Shown here: piece after piece, positions 42,524 through 52,312 of the stretch
Numbering within the stretch: position 1 is the stretch's first letter
How the letters are laid out: every line of letters starts with the position of its first letter
NCBI GenBank assembly: GCA_963695345.1
Contig: OY968769.1
Location: 960,001 to 1,024,000, forward strand
Length of the DNA: 64,000 nt
Source of the DNA: an uncultured Methanomassiliicoccales archaeon
GTDB lineage: Archaea > Thermoplasmatota > Thermoplasmata > Methanomassiliicoccales > UBA472
Reading direction: 5' to 3'
Translations under genes and position numbers: made by a program
Notes under the pieces: generated by a model
What the model saw: the letters and a program-made list of their open reading frames with translations, nothing else
Told to the model about the DNA's origin: nothing
Database searches by the model: none

Positions 42524-43846
42524 ATGACCATCGACGGCAGGATGTTGAAGGAGCTGGGTATCGAGGACGTCGAAGCACTTTTCTCCGATATCCCGAGCGA
42601 AATCCGGAAGGACCGGCTCGACATGCCGGACGGGCTGGACGAGCATGAGGTGATCAGGACCATCAGGGAAATGATGTCGTCGGACCTGAACTCGGAGAGG
42701 GCCCCCTGCTTCCTCGGCGCCGGCATCTACGACCATTTCATACCCGCGGCGGTCAAAAGCATCATCATGCGCTCGGAGTTCATCACCGCCTATACGCCCT
42801 ATCAGGCGGAGATAAGCCAGGGAATGCTCCAATCAATGTTCGAATATCAGAGTCTGGTCTCAGAGCTCACCGGAATGGATGTGGTCAACTCATCGAACTA
42901 CGACGCCTCGACCGCGTTGGGGGAGGCGGCCACCATGTGCCACCGCATCCTTCCGAAGAAAAAGTTCCTGATCCCGGAGGCGCTGTCCTGGGAGAGGAAG
43001 AGCGTTCTCCGTAACTATCTCCAGGGCCCCCGTCTGGAGGCGGTGGAGTATGGTTACGACCCCTACACCGGAGGCCTCGATCCCGACTCCCTGGCAAAAA
43101 AGATGGATGGGGATGTCTTCGGCATCTACGCCGAGGTGCCGAACCTCTTCGGGGTCATCGACCCGGCCGTCATGCAGCTCAAGAAAAGGTTCCCCGATGT
43201 ACCGGTGGTCATCGGGGTGGATCCCATCTCCCTTGGCCTGCTCACCCCTCCCGGGGAATACGGGGCCGACATAGTCATAGGCGAAGGCCAGTCCCTGGGG
43301 TCGCCGATGAGCTTCGGCGGACCCCTGCTGGGCATCTTCGCCTGCAGGAAGGAACATGTCAGAAAGATGCCTGGCCGGCTCATCGGGATGACCCGGGACA
43401 ATTCCGGGGAACGGGCGTTCTGCATGACCCTGCAGACCAGGGAACAGCACATCCGCCGCTCCAAGGCCACATCCAATATCTGCACCAACGAGGCGTTGAT
43501 GGCAGTGGCGGCGGCGGTCTACCTGAGCGTGGTCGGGCCGAAAGGTCTGGAGGCCATCGCCAAGGCCAACATCATCAACTCCAGGAGCCTGATGGCCAGG
43601 ATCGACGACCTGCCGGGTTTCGACGCCCCGGTCTTCAAGGCATACCATTTCAACGAGTTCGTCGTCCGCACCAGCGTGCGGCCGGAGAGACTGAACAAGC
43701 ACCTGGCCCGAAAAGGGATCATCGGAGGTCTAGACCTGGTGCGCCACATACCCCGGATGAACGAGCACATGCTGTTCACCACCACCGAGACCCACTCTGA
43801 GGCGGACCATGACCGGTTGATCGCCGCCCTCAGGGAGGTGGTGTGA
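42524..43846 (+). CDS. gcvPA: Glycine dehydrogenase (decarboxylating) subunit 1
   Basis: FLGAG.Y.H, YTPYQAEISQG, LQTREQHIRR.KATSNICTN. Confidence 0.95.
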   Translation: MTIDGRMLKELGIEDVEALFSDIPSEIRKDRLDMPDGLDEHEVIRTIREMMSSDLNSERAPCFLGAGIYDHFIPAAVKSIIMRSEFITAYTPYQAEISQGMLQSMFEYQSLVSELTGMDVVNSSNYDASTALGEAATMCHRILPKKKFLIPEALSWERKSVLRNYLQGPRLEAVEYGYDPYTGGLDPDSLAKKMDGDVFGIYAEVPNLFGVIDPAVMQLKKRFPDVPVVIGVDPISLGLLTPPGEYGADIVIGEGQSLGSPMSFGGPLLGIFACRKEHVRKMPGRLIGMTRDNSGERAFCMTLQTREQHIRRSKATSNICTNEALMAVAAAVYLSVVGPKGLEAIAKANIINSRSLMARIDDLPGFDAPVFKAYHFNEFVVRTSVRPERLNKHLARKGIIGGLDLVRHIPRMNEHMLFTTTETHSEADHDRLIAALREVV

Positions 43847-45318
43847 TGTACCGCCAGGCCAGGTACGATACCCGGACGGTGTTCGAACTGGGGGGAGGGT
43901 CCGATCCCTGCATCCGCCTGAAAAAGGAACTGGATGACGCCCTTCCGGAGGGGATGATGAGAAAGAGCCTGTGCCTCCCCGAGTCGCCGGAAAGGGATGT
44001 GGTGAAACATTTCGTCAATCTGTCACAGCGCAATTTCTCGGTGGACAATGGGCTGTATCCTCTGGGCTCCTGCACCATGAAATACAATCCCAAATTCGCC
44101 GATTCCCTCGCCTCCATGCCATCGGTGGCCTCGATCCATCCCTACCAGGACGAGGATACCGTCCAGGGGGCGCTCCAGCTGCTGTACCGGCTCGAACGGG
44201 CGTTGTGCGCCATATCCGACATGGACGCGGTCACGCTGCAGCCGGCCGCCGGAGCCCACGGGGAGTTCACCGGCATGCTCATCGCCAAGGCGTTCCATCG
44301 GGCGAACGGCCAGGACCGGACAGAGGTGGTCATACCGGATTCGGCGCACGGGACCAACCCGGCCAGCGCGGCGATGGTCGGATTCGGGGTCCTGGAGATA
44401 CCCTCGAACGCCAACGGATGCGTCGACATCGAAGCGTTGAAAAATGCCGTGTCGCACAAGACCGCGGCGTTTATGATCACCAACCCCAACACCCTCGGCA
44501 TCTTCGAGGAACAGATAAGGGAGATCGCGGACATCGTTCACGACTCCGGGGCCCTGCTGTACTATGACGGAGCCAATTTCAACGCCATCCTGGGAATGAC
44601 CTCGCCAGGCAAGATGAGATTCGACATAATGCACTTCAACCTGCACAAGACGTTCGCCACCCCCCACGGGGGAGGGGGACCGGGAGCGGGCCCGGTAGGG
44701 GTCCGGGAGCATCTGGAAAGATTCCTTCCCGTGCCCCGGGTGGTGGAGCGGGACGGTAAGTATCGGCTCGACTATGATAGGCCCGACAGCATCGGCAAGG
44801 TCCGGGCGTTCCTCGGCAACTACGCGGTGCTGGTGCGCGCTTACGGCTACATCCTGAGACATGGCGCGGATGGACTGCGCGACATATCCCGGGCGGCGGT
44901 CCTGAACTCGAACTACCTGAAGAGCCGGTTGACCGAGGACTTCGAGGTCCCGTACCTTCCATTGCGCAAGCACGAGTTCGTCATCAGCGCCCGGAAGCTG
45001 GCAAAGGAAAAGAACATGAGGGCGCTGGACATAGCCAAGCGGCTTCTCGACCATGGTTTCATGTCACCCACCATCTACTTCCCGTCGCTGGTCGAGGAGG
45101 CGCTGATGATAGAGCCCACCGAGACCGAGACCAAGGAAACGCTGGACCAGTTCGCGGATACGCTCATCGGGATATCCAGGGAGGACCCGGCGGTGGTCCG
45201 TGCCGCCCCGACCAACACCTCGGTCGGGAGGGTCGACGAACTTTACGCGGCGCGCGAACTGATCCTCACCTGGAAGGACTATCTGGCAATGAAGGATGGG
45301 AACAAGGGGAAGGAGTGA
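43843..45318 (+). CDS. gcvPB: Glycine dehydrogenase subunit 2
   Basis: YPLGSCTMKYNP, SAHGTNPASA, HFNLHKTF.TPHGGGGPG (PLP lysine). Confidence 0.96.
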   Translation: MMYRQARYDTRTVFELGGGSDPCIRLKKELDDALPEGMMRKSLCLPESPERDVVKHFVNLSQRNFSVDNGLYPLGSCTMKYNPKFADSLASMPSVASIHPYQDEDTVQGALQLLYRLERALCAISDMDAVTLQPAAGAHGEFTGMLIAKAFHRANGQDRTEVVIPDSAHGTNPASAAMVGFGVLEIPSNANGCVDIEALKNAVSHKTAAFMITNPNTLGIFEEQIREIADIVHDSGALLYYDGANFNAILGMTSPGKMRFDIMHFNLHKTFATPHGGGGPGAGPVGVREHLERFLPVPRVVERDGKYRLDYDRPDSIGKVRAFLGNYAVLVRAYGYILRHGADGLRDISRAAVLNSNYLKSRLTEDFEVPYLPLRKHEFVISARKLAKEKNMRALDIAKRLLDHGFMSPTIYFPSLVEEALMIEPTETETKETLDQFADTLIGISREDPAVVRAAPTNTSVGRVDELYAARELILTWKDYLAMKDGNKGKE

Positions 45319-45357
45319 ACAACAGAATATTATTAGTACGGTTCCGATAAGGAGACG

Positions 45358-46017
45358 ATGAACAGTTCGCTCGGGTCCGAGGTAGGGGTGGCCCATCTGT
45401 CCGTGGCAGCCAAGCCGATTGGCCGATTCTATGTTTTCGAGGGGATCGACGGAGGAGGGAAGTCGACCGTCGCCAGAATGCTAAATGACAAACTTCTCAC
45501 CTCGTTCGGACGGGACACCGTGCTCACCGCGGAACCTAGCGAATCGTGGATCGGCGATTGCGTTCGCAGGGCGAACAAGGAGGACATCAACGATTTCGCC
45601 GAGGCCCTGCTTTTCATGGCGGACCGGGCCCAGCACACCCAGGAGATCGCCAGGTCGGTGGACCAGGGCAAGATCGTCATCTGCGACCGATATTACATAT
45701 CGACCCTGGCCTACCAGGGCGTCACCCTTGAACGATTGGTCCCTGAGGCAGTCCTCTGGCTCAGGGCGGTGAACGCGCCGATCATCCGAAGGCCGGACAT
45801 AACGTTCTATTTCATGATCGAACCGGAGAAGGCGATGGAGCGCATGAAGGACCGGGACGAGAAGAGCAAGTTCGAGAAGCTGAGCTTCCTCACGAAAGTG
45901 GCCTCGATCTACCATGAGATGTCCCTGTCCGACCCCAGCGCCCACATCATCGACGCCTCCCGACCGTTGGAGGATGTGTTCGCGGAAGTGCTCAGGGCGG
46001 TGCAGCAGAACGTTTAA
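45358..46017 (+). CDS. tmk: Thymidylate kinase
   Basis: FEGIDGGGKST, LLF.ADRAQH, DRY..S..AYQG. Start uncertain. Confidence 0.93.
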   Translation: MNSSLGSEVGVAHLSVAAKPIGRFYVFEGIDGGGKSTVARMLNDKLLTSFGRDTVLTAEPSESWIGDCVRRANKEDINDFAEALLFMADRAQHTQEIARSVDQGKIVICDRYYISTLAYQGVTLERLVPEAVLWLRAVNAPIIRRPDITFYFMIEPEKAMERMKDRDEKSKFEKLSFLTKVASIYHEMSLSDPSAHIIDASRPLEDVFAEVLRAVQQNV

Positions 46018-46043
46018 GTCCGAGCGTGGAATTGCTTGAAGGC

Positions 46044-47231
46044 ATGCATCCCTCCGAGGCCATACGCTGCGCCAAAAGCAAGAAATTGTTCGGCAAGCGC
46101 ATCATTCTAGGTATCACTGGATCGATCGCGGCCGTGGAATGCCTGGAGCTCGCCAGGGAACTCATCAGGCATGGGGCGGAGGTGCAGGCGGTGCTTTCCT
46201 TGGAGGCGCAGAAGATCATCACTCCCTGCTCGATGGTATTCGCGACTGGGAACGATGTCGTCACCCAGCTTGACGGCTGGGTGCAGCACGTGGACCTCCT
46301 GGGGAGCGCCCAGGCCAGGGCCGACCTGCTTCTGATAGCGCCCTGCACCGCCAACACCATCTCCAAGATATCCTGCGGCATCGACGACACGCCGGTCACC
46401 ACGATGGCTACGACAGCGCTGGGCTCCAAGGTGCCGATCATCATCGCCCCGGCGATGCACGCGGCGATGTTCGATAATCCCATCGTCCAGACCAACATCA
46501 GCGCCCTGAAGTACATAGGATTGGATTTTGTCGGACCCAGGATGGAGGAGGGAAAGGCCAAGGTCGCCACCAACGAGGAGATAGTGGAGGCGGTCCTCCG
46601 ACGCCTGGGAAAGGGAGACTACCGGGGCAGGAGGGTCCTGATCATCGGCGGCTCATCGGAGGAGCCGATCGATGCTATGAGAGTGATAACCAACCGGGGG
46701 ACCGGGGAGACGGCGGTGCAGCTGGCATTGGCCGCCTACGAAAGAGGGGCAGAGGTGGAGCTGTGGATGGGACGATGCTCGGTAGCCCTGCCTGAATTCA
46801 TCCCCACGAAACGCTTCGTGACCGTCAATGACCTTGTCCAGATGGTTCCCGCGGTGGACCACGACATGGTGTTCGTACCGGCGGCCCTTTCCGATTTCGC
46901 CCCGAAGGCGGCGGGGGGTAAGATCTCCTCGGAAACGAGGGAACTGGAACTGGTCCTGGAACCCGTGGCAAAGGTCCTCCCCCTGCTGAGGAAGAAGAAG
47001 GTCAAGCTGATAGGCTTCAAGGCGGAGAGCGGCATAGGCGAGTCGGAGCTGGTCGTGAAGGCCGAGCAACGGCTGAAACAGCATAAGCTCGACGCCATCG
47101 TGGCCAACGACCTGACCGAGGTGAGGCCGGGATCGACATCGGTCCTGTTCATCACCAGCAAGGGCAAGTATGTGAGACTGACCGGGACCAAGGGAGAGGT
47201 GGCGGACCTGCTCCTGGATAAGGCGGCATGA
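46044..47231 (+). CDS. coaBC: Bifunctional phosphopantothenoylcysteine decarboxylase/synthetase
   Basis: GITGSIAA, APCTANT, PAMH, E.ID.MR.ITN..TG, GFKAE, IVAND. Confidence 0.95.
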   Translation: MHPSEAIRCAKSKKLFGKRIILGITGSIAAVECLELARELIRHGAEVQAVLSLEAQKIITPCSMVFATGNDVVTQLDGWVQHVDLLGSAQARADLLLIAPCTANTISKISCGIDDTPVTTMATTALGSKVPIIIAPAMHAAMFDNPIVQTNISALKYIGLDFVGPRMEEGKAKVATNEEIVEAVLRRLGKGDYRGRRVLIIGGSSEEPIDAMRVITNRGTGETAVQLALAAYERGAEVELWMGRCSVALPEFIPTKRFVTVNDLVQMVPAVDHDMVFVPAALSDFAPKAAGGKISSETRELELVLEPVAKVLPLLRKKKVKLIGFKAESGIGESELVVKAEQRLKQHKLDAIVANDLTEVRPGSTSVLFITSKGKYVRLTGTKGEVADLLLDKAA

Positions 47232-47235
47232 GAAA

Positions 47236-48099
47236 ATGAGAAGGGCCATCGCGTTCTGTCCTGGACACATCACCGGTTTCTTCCAGCCCATTGAGCATGA
47301 GGACATTTTCTCGACCGGTTCCCGGGGGGCGGGCTTCTGCACCGAGCTGGGCGCCAGGACGGAAGTTTGGATCACTGACGGCGATGGCACCATCGAGGTG
47401 AACATCAACGGGAAGAAGGTGTTCGCCCCGGTGACGGAGTTCGCGCTGCGAAGGATACTCAAGGATGAGGCCTACGACCTCAATGTGGTGACCACACTGG
47501 GACTGCCGATCTCGCAGGGCTTCGGGACCAGTGCGGCCGGGGCCCTCTCCGCGTCCCTGGCATTGTGCAGCCTGCTGGGGCGTCCGGCCCATGAGGGCTA
47601 TGAGGCGGCCCATGAGTCGGAGATCGCCAACCGCACCGGCATGGGCGATGTCTCGGCTCTGTTCCGGGGGGGAATGACTCTTCGCCGGAAGGAGGGGCTG
47701 CCCCCGCTGGGCAAGGTGGACCGGTTCGATGGCGATCCGGAAGTGGTCCTGTGCGTACTCGGCGCTCCGGTCAAGACAAGCGATGTCCTCACCGATGAAC
47801 GGCTGAAGGCATTCATCAATGCCTCGGGCAAGAAGTGCCTGGAGGAGTTCGAGCTGGACCCGACCATCACGGCCTTCGCAAGGCTGTCGAAAAGGTTCGC
47901 CATGGAGACCGGCCTGGCCTCGCCGGAGGCTTTGAAGGCGATCAGGACGGCGGAGCAGTTCGGGCAGGCCAGCATGTCGATGCTAGGCAACTCGGTGTTT
48001 GCGTTCGGAGATGTGGACCGGCTTGAGGAGGCCCTCCGTCGCTTTGGAATGACGTTCCGGACGAAGGTCGATGTCAATCCTCCTCGGCTCATCAAGTGA
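47236..48099 (+). CDS. pok: Pantoate kinase (GHMP family)
   Basis: PGHITGFF, GSRGAG, P.SQGFG.SAAG, AHE.EI..TG.GDV, MSMLGNSVF. Confidence 0.9.
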   Translation: MRRAIAFCPGHITGFFQPIEHEDIFSTGSRGAGFCTELGARTEVWITDGDGTIEVNINGKKVFAPVTEFALRRILKDEAYDLNVVTTLGLPISQGFGTSAAGALSASLALCSLLGRPAHEGYEAAHESEIANRTGMGDVSALFRGGMTLRRKEGLPPLGKVDRFDGDPEVVLCVLGAPVKTSDVLTDERLKAFINASGKKCLEEFELDPTITAFARLSKRFAMETGLASPEALKAIRTAEQFGQASMSMLGNSVFAFGDVDRLEEALRRFGMTFRTKVDVNPPRLIK

Positions 48100-48203
48100 G
48101 GTACACGTCCATCTGCGAAAGGGAGACCGATGCCGATGGAATCGTTCCTGTCGATGGGAATCGGATCGCTCTACCTCGCAGAGTATCAGATTGGTCTGCG
48201 CGC

Positions 48204-48500
48204 CTATTCGTAAAGGGTAAAGAGCTGGTCATCCCCGCCGACGTCGAACAGCCCTATCCGGGCACCGCAATCGAGCCATCCGTGGGCATAGTTGACACAG
48301 GCGAAGGCGTTGATGAAGTCCCCTGTCTCACGGAAATGCTTGGCATCCTCATAGTAGGTCGTCGCCATCTCCAGGAATGAATCCGCCAGCTTCCGGTTGA
48401 AGGAGCGCTCGGGCGGGGAGACCCGGATCTTGTCCAAAGCCCTACTGGTTATGCCCAGATATCGGTCCAGGTGCTCATCGGTGATCTGGTCCCGCCTCAT
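48204..48500 (-). CDS. DUF357-family protein
   Basis: Y..DAKHF...GD..NAFA..NYAHGWLD.GAR.G. Confidence 0.88.
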   Translation of the reverse strand: MRRDQITDEHLDRYLGITSRALDKIRVSPPERSFNRKLADSFLEMATTYYEDAKHFRETGDFINAFACVNYAHGWLDCGARIGLFDVGGDDQLFTLYE

Positions 48501-48502
48501 CT

Positions 48503-50191
48503 CTACCCCTTCGTGGGGATGATCTCGATGCTTTCCCCGCCGTGCCTTGACTCGCGGGGCCTGACCTCTACGAACAAGGGCATCTGGATATTGCCTCCGA
48601 CGATGAGCGCGACCCCTATCGGCAGACGCTGGATGTCGTCCTCCATTCCCTCGGAGAGCCCTTCGACGGAGGACAGGATGGCCTTCAGGTCGTTGGGGTT
48701 GGTCACCTTCAGGATCATCTGGGTGTTGCATTGCGACAGGACGTTCTTGTCGATCTTGGCGGCCCTCTGCGAGATGATGGTGAGGCCGAGACCGAACTTC
48801 CTGCCCTCGGCGGCAATGGTCCGGAATATCTTGGAGGAAGCTGCCAGTCCCTGCTGCGGGCACCAGTTATGGGCCTCTTCGGCCACCAGCATCATCGGCG
48901 GGATCTTCCCGATCTTACGCAGTTCGAACAGCGCAGTGCAAATGCGATTGACGATCAGCTCGGAGATGTCTGGAGGAGTCCCGCGGAGGTTGATGATGGT
49001 CATCTTGCCCTGCACCACCAGCTCGTCGATGCGAGTTCCCTGCGGGGCAAAGATATTGACCTCGTTCAGGTACTCCAGTTCGGCGATCAGGGAGTTGTTG
49101 GCGGCATCCTCCTCGGCCTCGAGCATGGCTATGATGTCCTTCAGCCCGAAATCCTTCTTGACCGACTTCACCGAATCGATGGCCTTGCGAAGGGCGGTGA
49201 GGAACACCTTCCCGTTCTTGATCTGGGTCAGACCGAGCAGCTCACGGGCGTCGATGTTGGCCAACGTGAACTTCAGAGGCTTGGCGCTCTTGTTCACGGA
49301 TACGTCCGTGGCGAACTCCTGGATCTTTTCCCCGAATCCCTGGGGGAGGATGTGGAAGTCCTTGCCGCCCTTTGGGGCGGAGCCGATGTCCCGCATGGCG
49401 GCGTACTCCCCGTGGGGGTCGATGACCATGACCGTAACGTCGTGCTTCATCAGCTCCTCGATCAGGTCGCCGCACAGGAACGATTTGCCACCCCCGGTCT
49501 TGGCCAGGATGGAAACGTGCTTCTGTACCATGGCATTGATGTCCACCTCGACCCTGATGTCATGACCGAACAGGTATCCCAGGTAAGCGCCGGTCTTGGT
49601 GTGCTCCTTCAGGCCGATGCAGTCCTTGATCAGCTCATCCCGGGCGCGGAATACCATATCGCCGGCCTTGAACGGTGAGCGCGGCACTTGAAGCAGTCCT
49701 CGGTCATCGCGGAACCCGACGATGTTGACGGTCGCCGCCACCATCTCGTCGATGTCGACGTTCATCCCCTCGGATATCTTCTTGGCCTTCTCGATGGTCA
49801 GGTCGGTCTTCCTCTGCACATCGACGACCTGTCCCAGTACCCAGCCGTCATGCGCGTGCTTGATCTGGACGTATTCCATCTTTTCGATGTCGCCGTCGAC
49901 ACGGAAATGGAGCTCGGTCGATCCGACGTTGCCGTAGATGATGCCGACCCCGTCGAGGTCGCCGTACTTCTCGTCCTTGACTAGGTGCTTGGAGGGCGCC
50001 CTGACCTTGACGGGCACTAGCTCAGAAGGGTGGACCGATGGCTCCGCTTCGGTCGGGTCGTCGGTGCCTGGATCCTCTATGATCGCCTCCGGTTTCGGCT
50101 CGAGGTCGATCTTGTCCTCTGCCTCGGTGAAGGCTTGGCCTGGTGTAGATTCAAAATCTGAATTGGTTTGCATTCCCATCCTGACCGACAT
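48503..50191 (-). CDS. HerA-like (DUF87) ATPase with HAS barrel
   Basis: H..ILAKTGGGKS, DPHGEY, EEAHN, EGRKFG, SQR, NP.D; acidic N-terminal extension. Confidence 0.88.
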   Translation of the reverse strand: MSVRMGMQTNSDFESTPGQAFTEAEDKIDLEPKPEAIIEDPGTDDPTEAEPSVHPSELVPVKVRAPSKHLVKDEKYGDLDGVGIIYGNVGSTELHFRVDGDIEKMEYVQIKHAHDGWVLGQVVDVQRKTDLTIEKAKKISEGMNVDIDEMVAATVNIVGFRDDRGLLQVPRSPFKAGDMVFRARDELIKDCIGLKEHTKTGAYLGYLFGHDIRVEVDINAMVQKHVSILAKTGGGKSFLCGDLIEELMKHDVTVMVIDPHGEYAAMRDIGSAPKGGKDFHILPQGFGEKIQEFATDVSVNKSAKPLKFTLANIDARELLGLTQIKNGKVFLTALRKAIDSVKSVKKDFGLKDIIAMLEAEEDAANNSLIAELEYLNEVNIFAPQGTRIDELVVQGKMTIINLRGTPPDISELIVNRICTALFELRKIGKIPPMMLVAEEAHNWCPQQGLAASSKIFRTIAAEGRKFGLGLTIISQRAAKIDKNVLSQCNTQMILKVTNPNDLKAILSSVEGLSEGMEDDIQRLPIGVALIVGGNIQMPLFVEVRPRESRHGGESIEIIPTKG

Positions 50192-50344
50192 ATCAAGTGG
50201 ATGGAATAAATATGTTTGCCACTCAATTCTGGATGGATTGAACGTTCGCTAGGGGAATGGGATTCAGAGAGGCGTTCGTTCCAAAAAGATACAAAAAAGT
50301 GCGATTGGATTAATTATCCGAAGCATCATGACTGAACGATAAGA

Positions 50345-51193
50345 ATGCTTGTTGTTGGAGGATCGGCATCGACCAAACTGGCCATGGACCTGGCCACGGA
50401 ATTGAATGCTGAATACACATCGGCGACGGTCAAGCGGTTCCCCGACGGGGAGTGCTACGTTCGCATAGAGAAGGAATCGCTGGACGATGATGTGGTGATC
50501 GTCCAGAATTCCTATCCAGATGAGAAAATGGTCGAGCTGTTCCTTTTGCAGGACGCGGCCATCGGCCTGGGGGCCAAGAAGGTCATCAACGTCATCCCAT
50601 ACTACGGATATGCCAGGCAGGACGAACGCTTCAACAAGGGAGAACCCCTGTCGGCGAGGGTCATGGTCGACCATATCCAGATGAACGCGGACAAGGTCAT
50701 CCTGGTCGACATCCATAACCATACCATGCTGGACTGGTTCGACCAGGCGGAGGTGGTCGATACCCACGCCGCCCCGGCCATAGGCAGATTCTACAAGGAC
50801 CAGGGGATCGACCTGGTGCTGGCGCCGGACGAGGGGGCGCTGAAGCGCGCGGGATGGGTCGCCGAAGTGCTCAATTGCGAGTGGGACTACCTGGTCAAGA
50901 CCAGGCTGTCCGGTACGAACGTCCACATGACGCCCAAGAACATCGACGCGAAGAACAAGAAGGTCCTTATCGTCGACGACATCATCTCCACCGGCGGGAC
51001 CATCGTGGCCGCCACCGAGGAGCTGAGACGCCTGGGGGCCAGGAGCGTCAGCGCGGCATGCACCCACGGACTCTTTGTGGGCGGGGCGTTGGACCGCCTG
51101 AAGAAGCACTGCGACAAGATCACCGCCGCCAACACGCTGGAGAGCGAGGTCTCGGTCATCTCGGTGGCGCCGGAAGTGGCCAAGGCGGTATGA
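50345..51193 (+). CDS. prs: Ribose-phosphate pyrophosphokinase
   Basis: FPDGE, PYYGYARQD, VDDIISTGGT, CTHG. Confidence 0.95.
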   Translation: MLVVGGSASTKLAMDLATELNAEYTSATVKRFPDGECYVRIEKESLDDDVVIVQNSYPDEKMVELFLLQDAAIGLGAKKVINVIPYYGYARQDERFNKGEPLSARVMVDHIQMNADKVILVDIHNHTMLDWFDQAEVVDTHAAPAIGRFYKDQGIDLVLAPDEGALKRAGWVAEVLNCEWDYLVKTRLSGTNVHMTPKNIDAKNKKVLIVDDIISTGGTIVAATEELRRLGARSVSAACTHGLFVGGALDRLKKHCDKITAANTLESEVSVISVAPEVAKAV

Positions 51194-51196
51194 TTC

Positions 51197-52194
51197 TCAT
51201 ACGTTGAAGGCTTCCAGGAGGATGAACACCATCACCGCCGAGACCAGTGCGGTGATGGCACCATATCGGTTGATGAAATTGACCCTTCTGGGATGGCGAA
51301 AGAAATCTGTCTCCACCACTCCCAGCACGGTCACCGCGATGGTCAGGCCCAGGAACACGTAGACTGAGATTATCAGCTCGTCGAATACGCTGAACGAGCT
51401 CATCGGCGGCAGTGTCGATTGCTGCCCATAGTAGAAAAGGACGGCCGAGATTATCATGCTGGAGTTCAGGCCGAGCCTCAGCCCAATGTTCGATTCCTTA
51501 GACTCGCGGAAGAAGAAAGACAGGCTGGAGACCATGCAGAATATGATCGGTGGCAGGATTATCTGGATGGCTGCCGGAAGGCTGTCCCGCTCCACCTGGA
51601 TGACGAATGTGGCCTGGGAATACGTCTCTCCGAACGTGTACGCATGCTCGCCCACGGAGTAGTTGACATATTGTATCTTCCAGCCCGGGATCACTACGCT
51701 GGACTCGTCGTAACCACTGTAATCTGAGGCCCAGACATAATGCAGCTCAGTATCATTTAGGACAGCGTCCTCCAGTTGGATCTTTAGCCCGCCGGACTCG
51801 AACGGATATTTGTTGAGATCGGGGGGAATGAACAGATTGGCCCTGAGCCGGAACCATTGTTCCTTGATATCCCCACTGGTGTTGTCGATTATCTTCTGGA
51901 AAGCGTTGGCGTAGGCAGGGTGGCCGTTCATTATCTCGAAATTCATGCTGCTGATGTTCGGGTCGGTCCAAACGAACCAAAGGTAGAAATCGAATGAGTA
52001 CGCCCCTTTACCGAAATCGAAGTTGCTGACTCCATTGACGTATATGCCGACCAAGACGTCGGTCGTGTTCGGAGAGGGTGCGCCGTCAGCTGGGAAGGCC
52101 TGACCTCCACCTTCACGTCCGAGCTGGACAAGGTGGCAAATGATCCTATCATGAGCAAAGCCATCAGGACGAATATCGCCAGCCCCCGCCTCAT
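51197..52194 (-). CDS. Pentameric ligand-gated ion channel (Pro-loop receptor) homologue (frameshift after the signal peptide)
   Basis: Signal peptide from 52194; V.VGIYV...FDF..Y..DFYL..W.D; DL.KYPFE; GW; ER..I.LP M1; RLGL...LP M2; D in M3; 4 TM helices. Confidence 0.8.
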
Positions 52195-52312
52195 GGCATG
52201 ATTTATTGCAGGACCAGAGGTATATTACTGTTGTTTACGGGGAAGTTCGGTTCGTATGTAACTATTAAGTTACGAATCACATTTCCACCCATCCGAAGCC
52301 AAGGTGTCCCTG

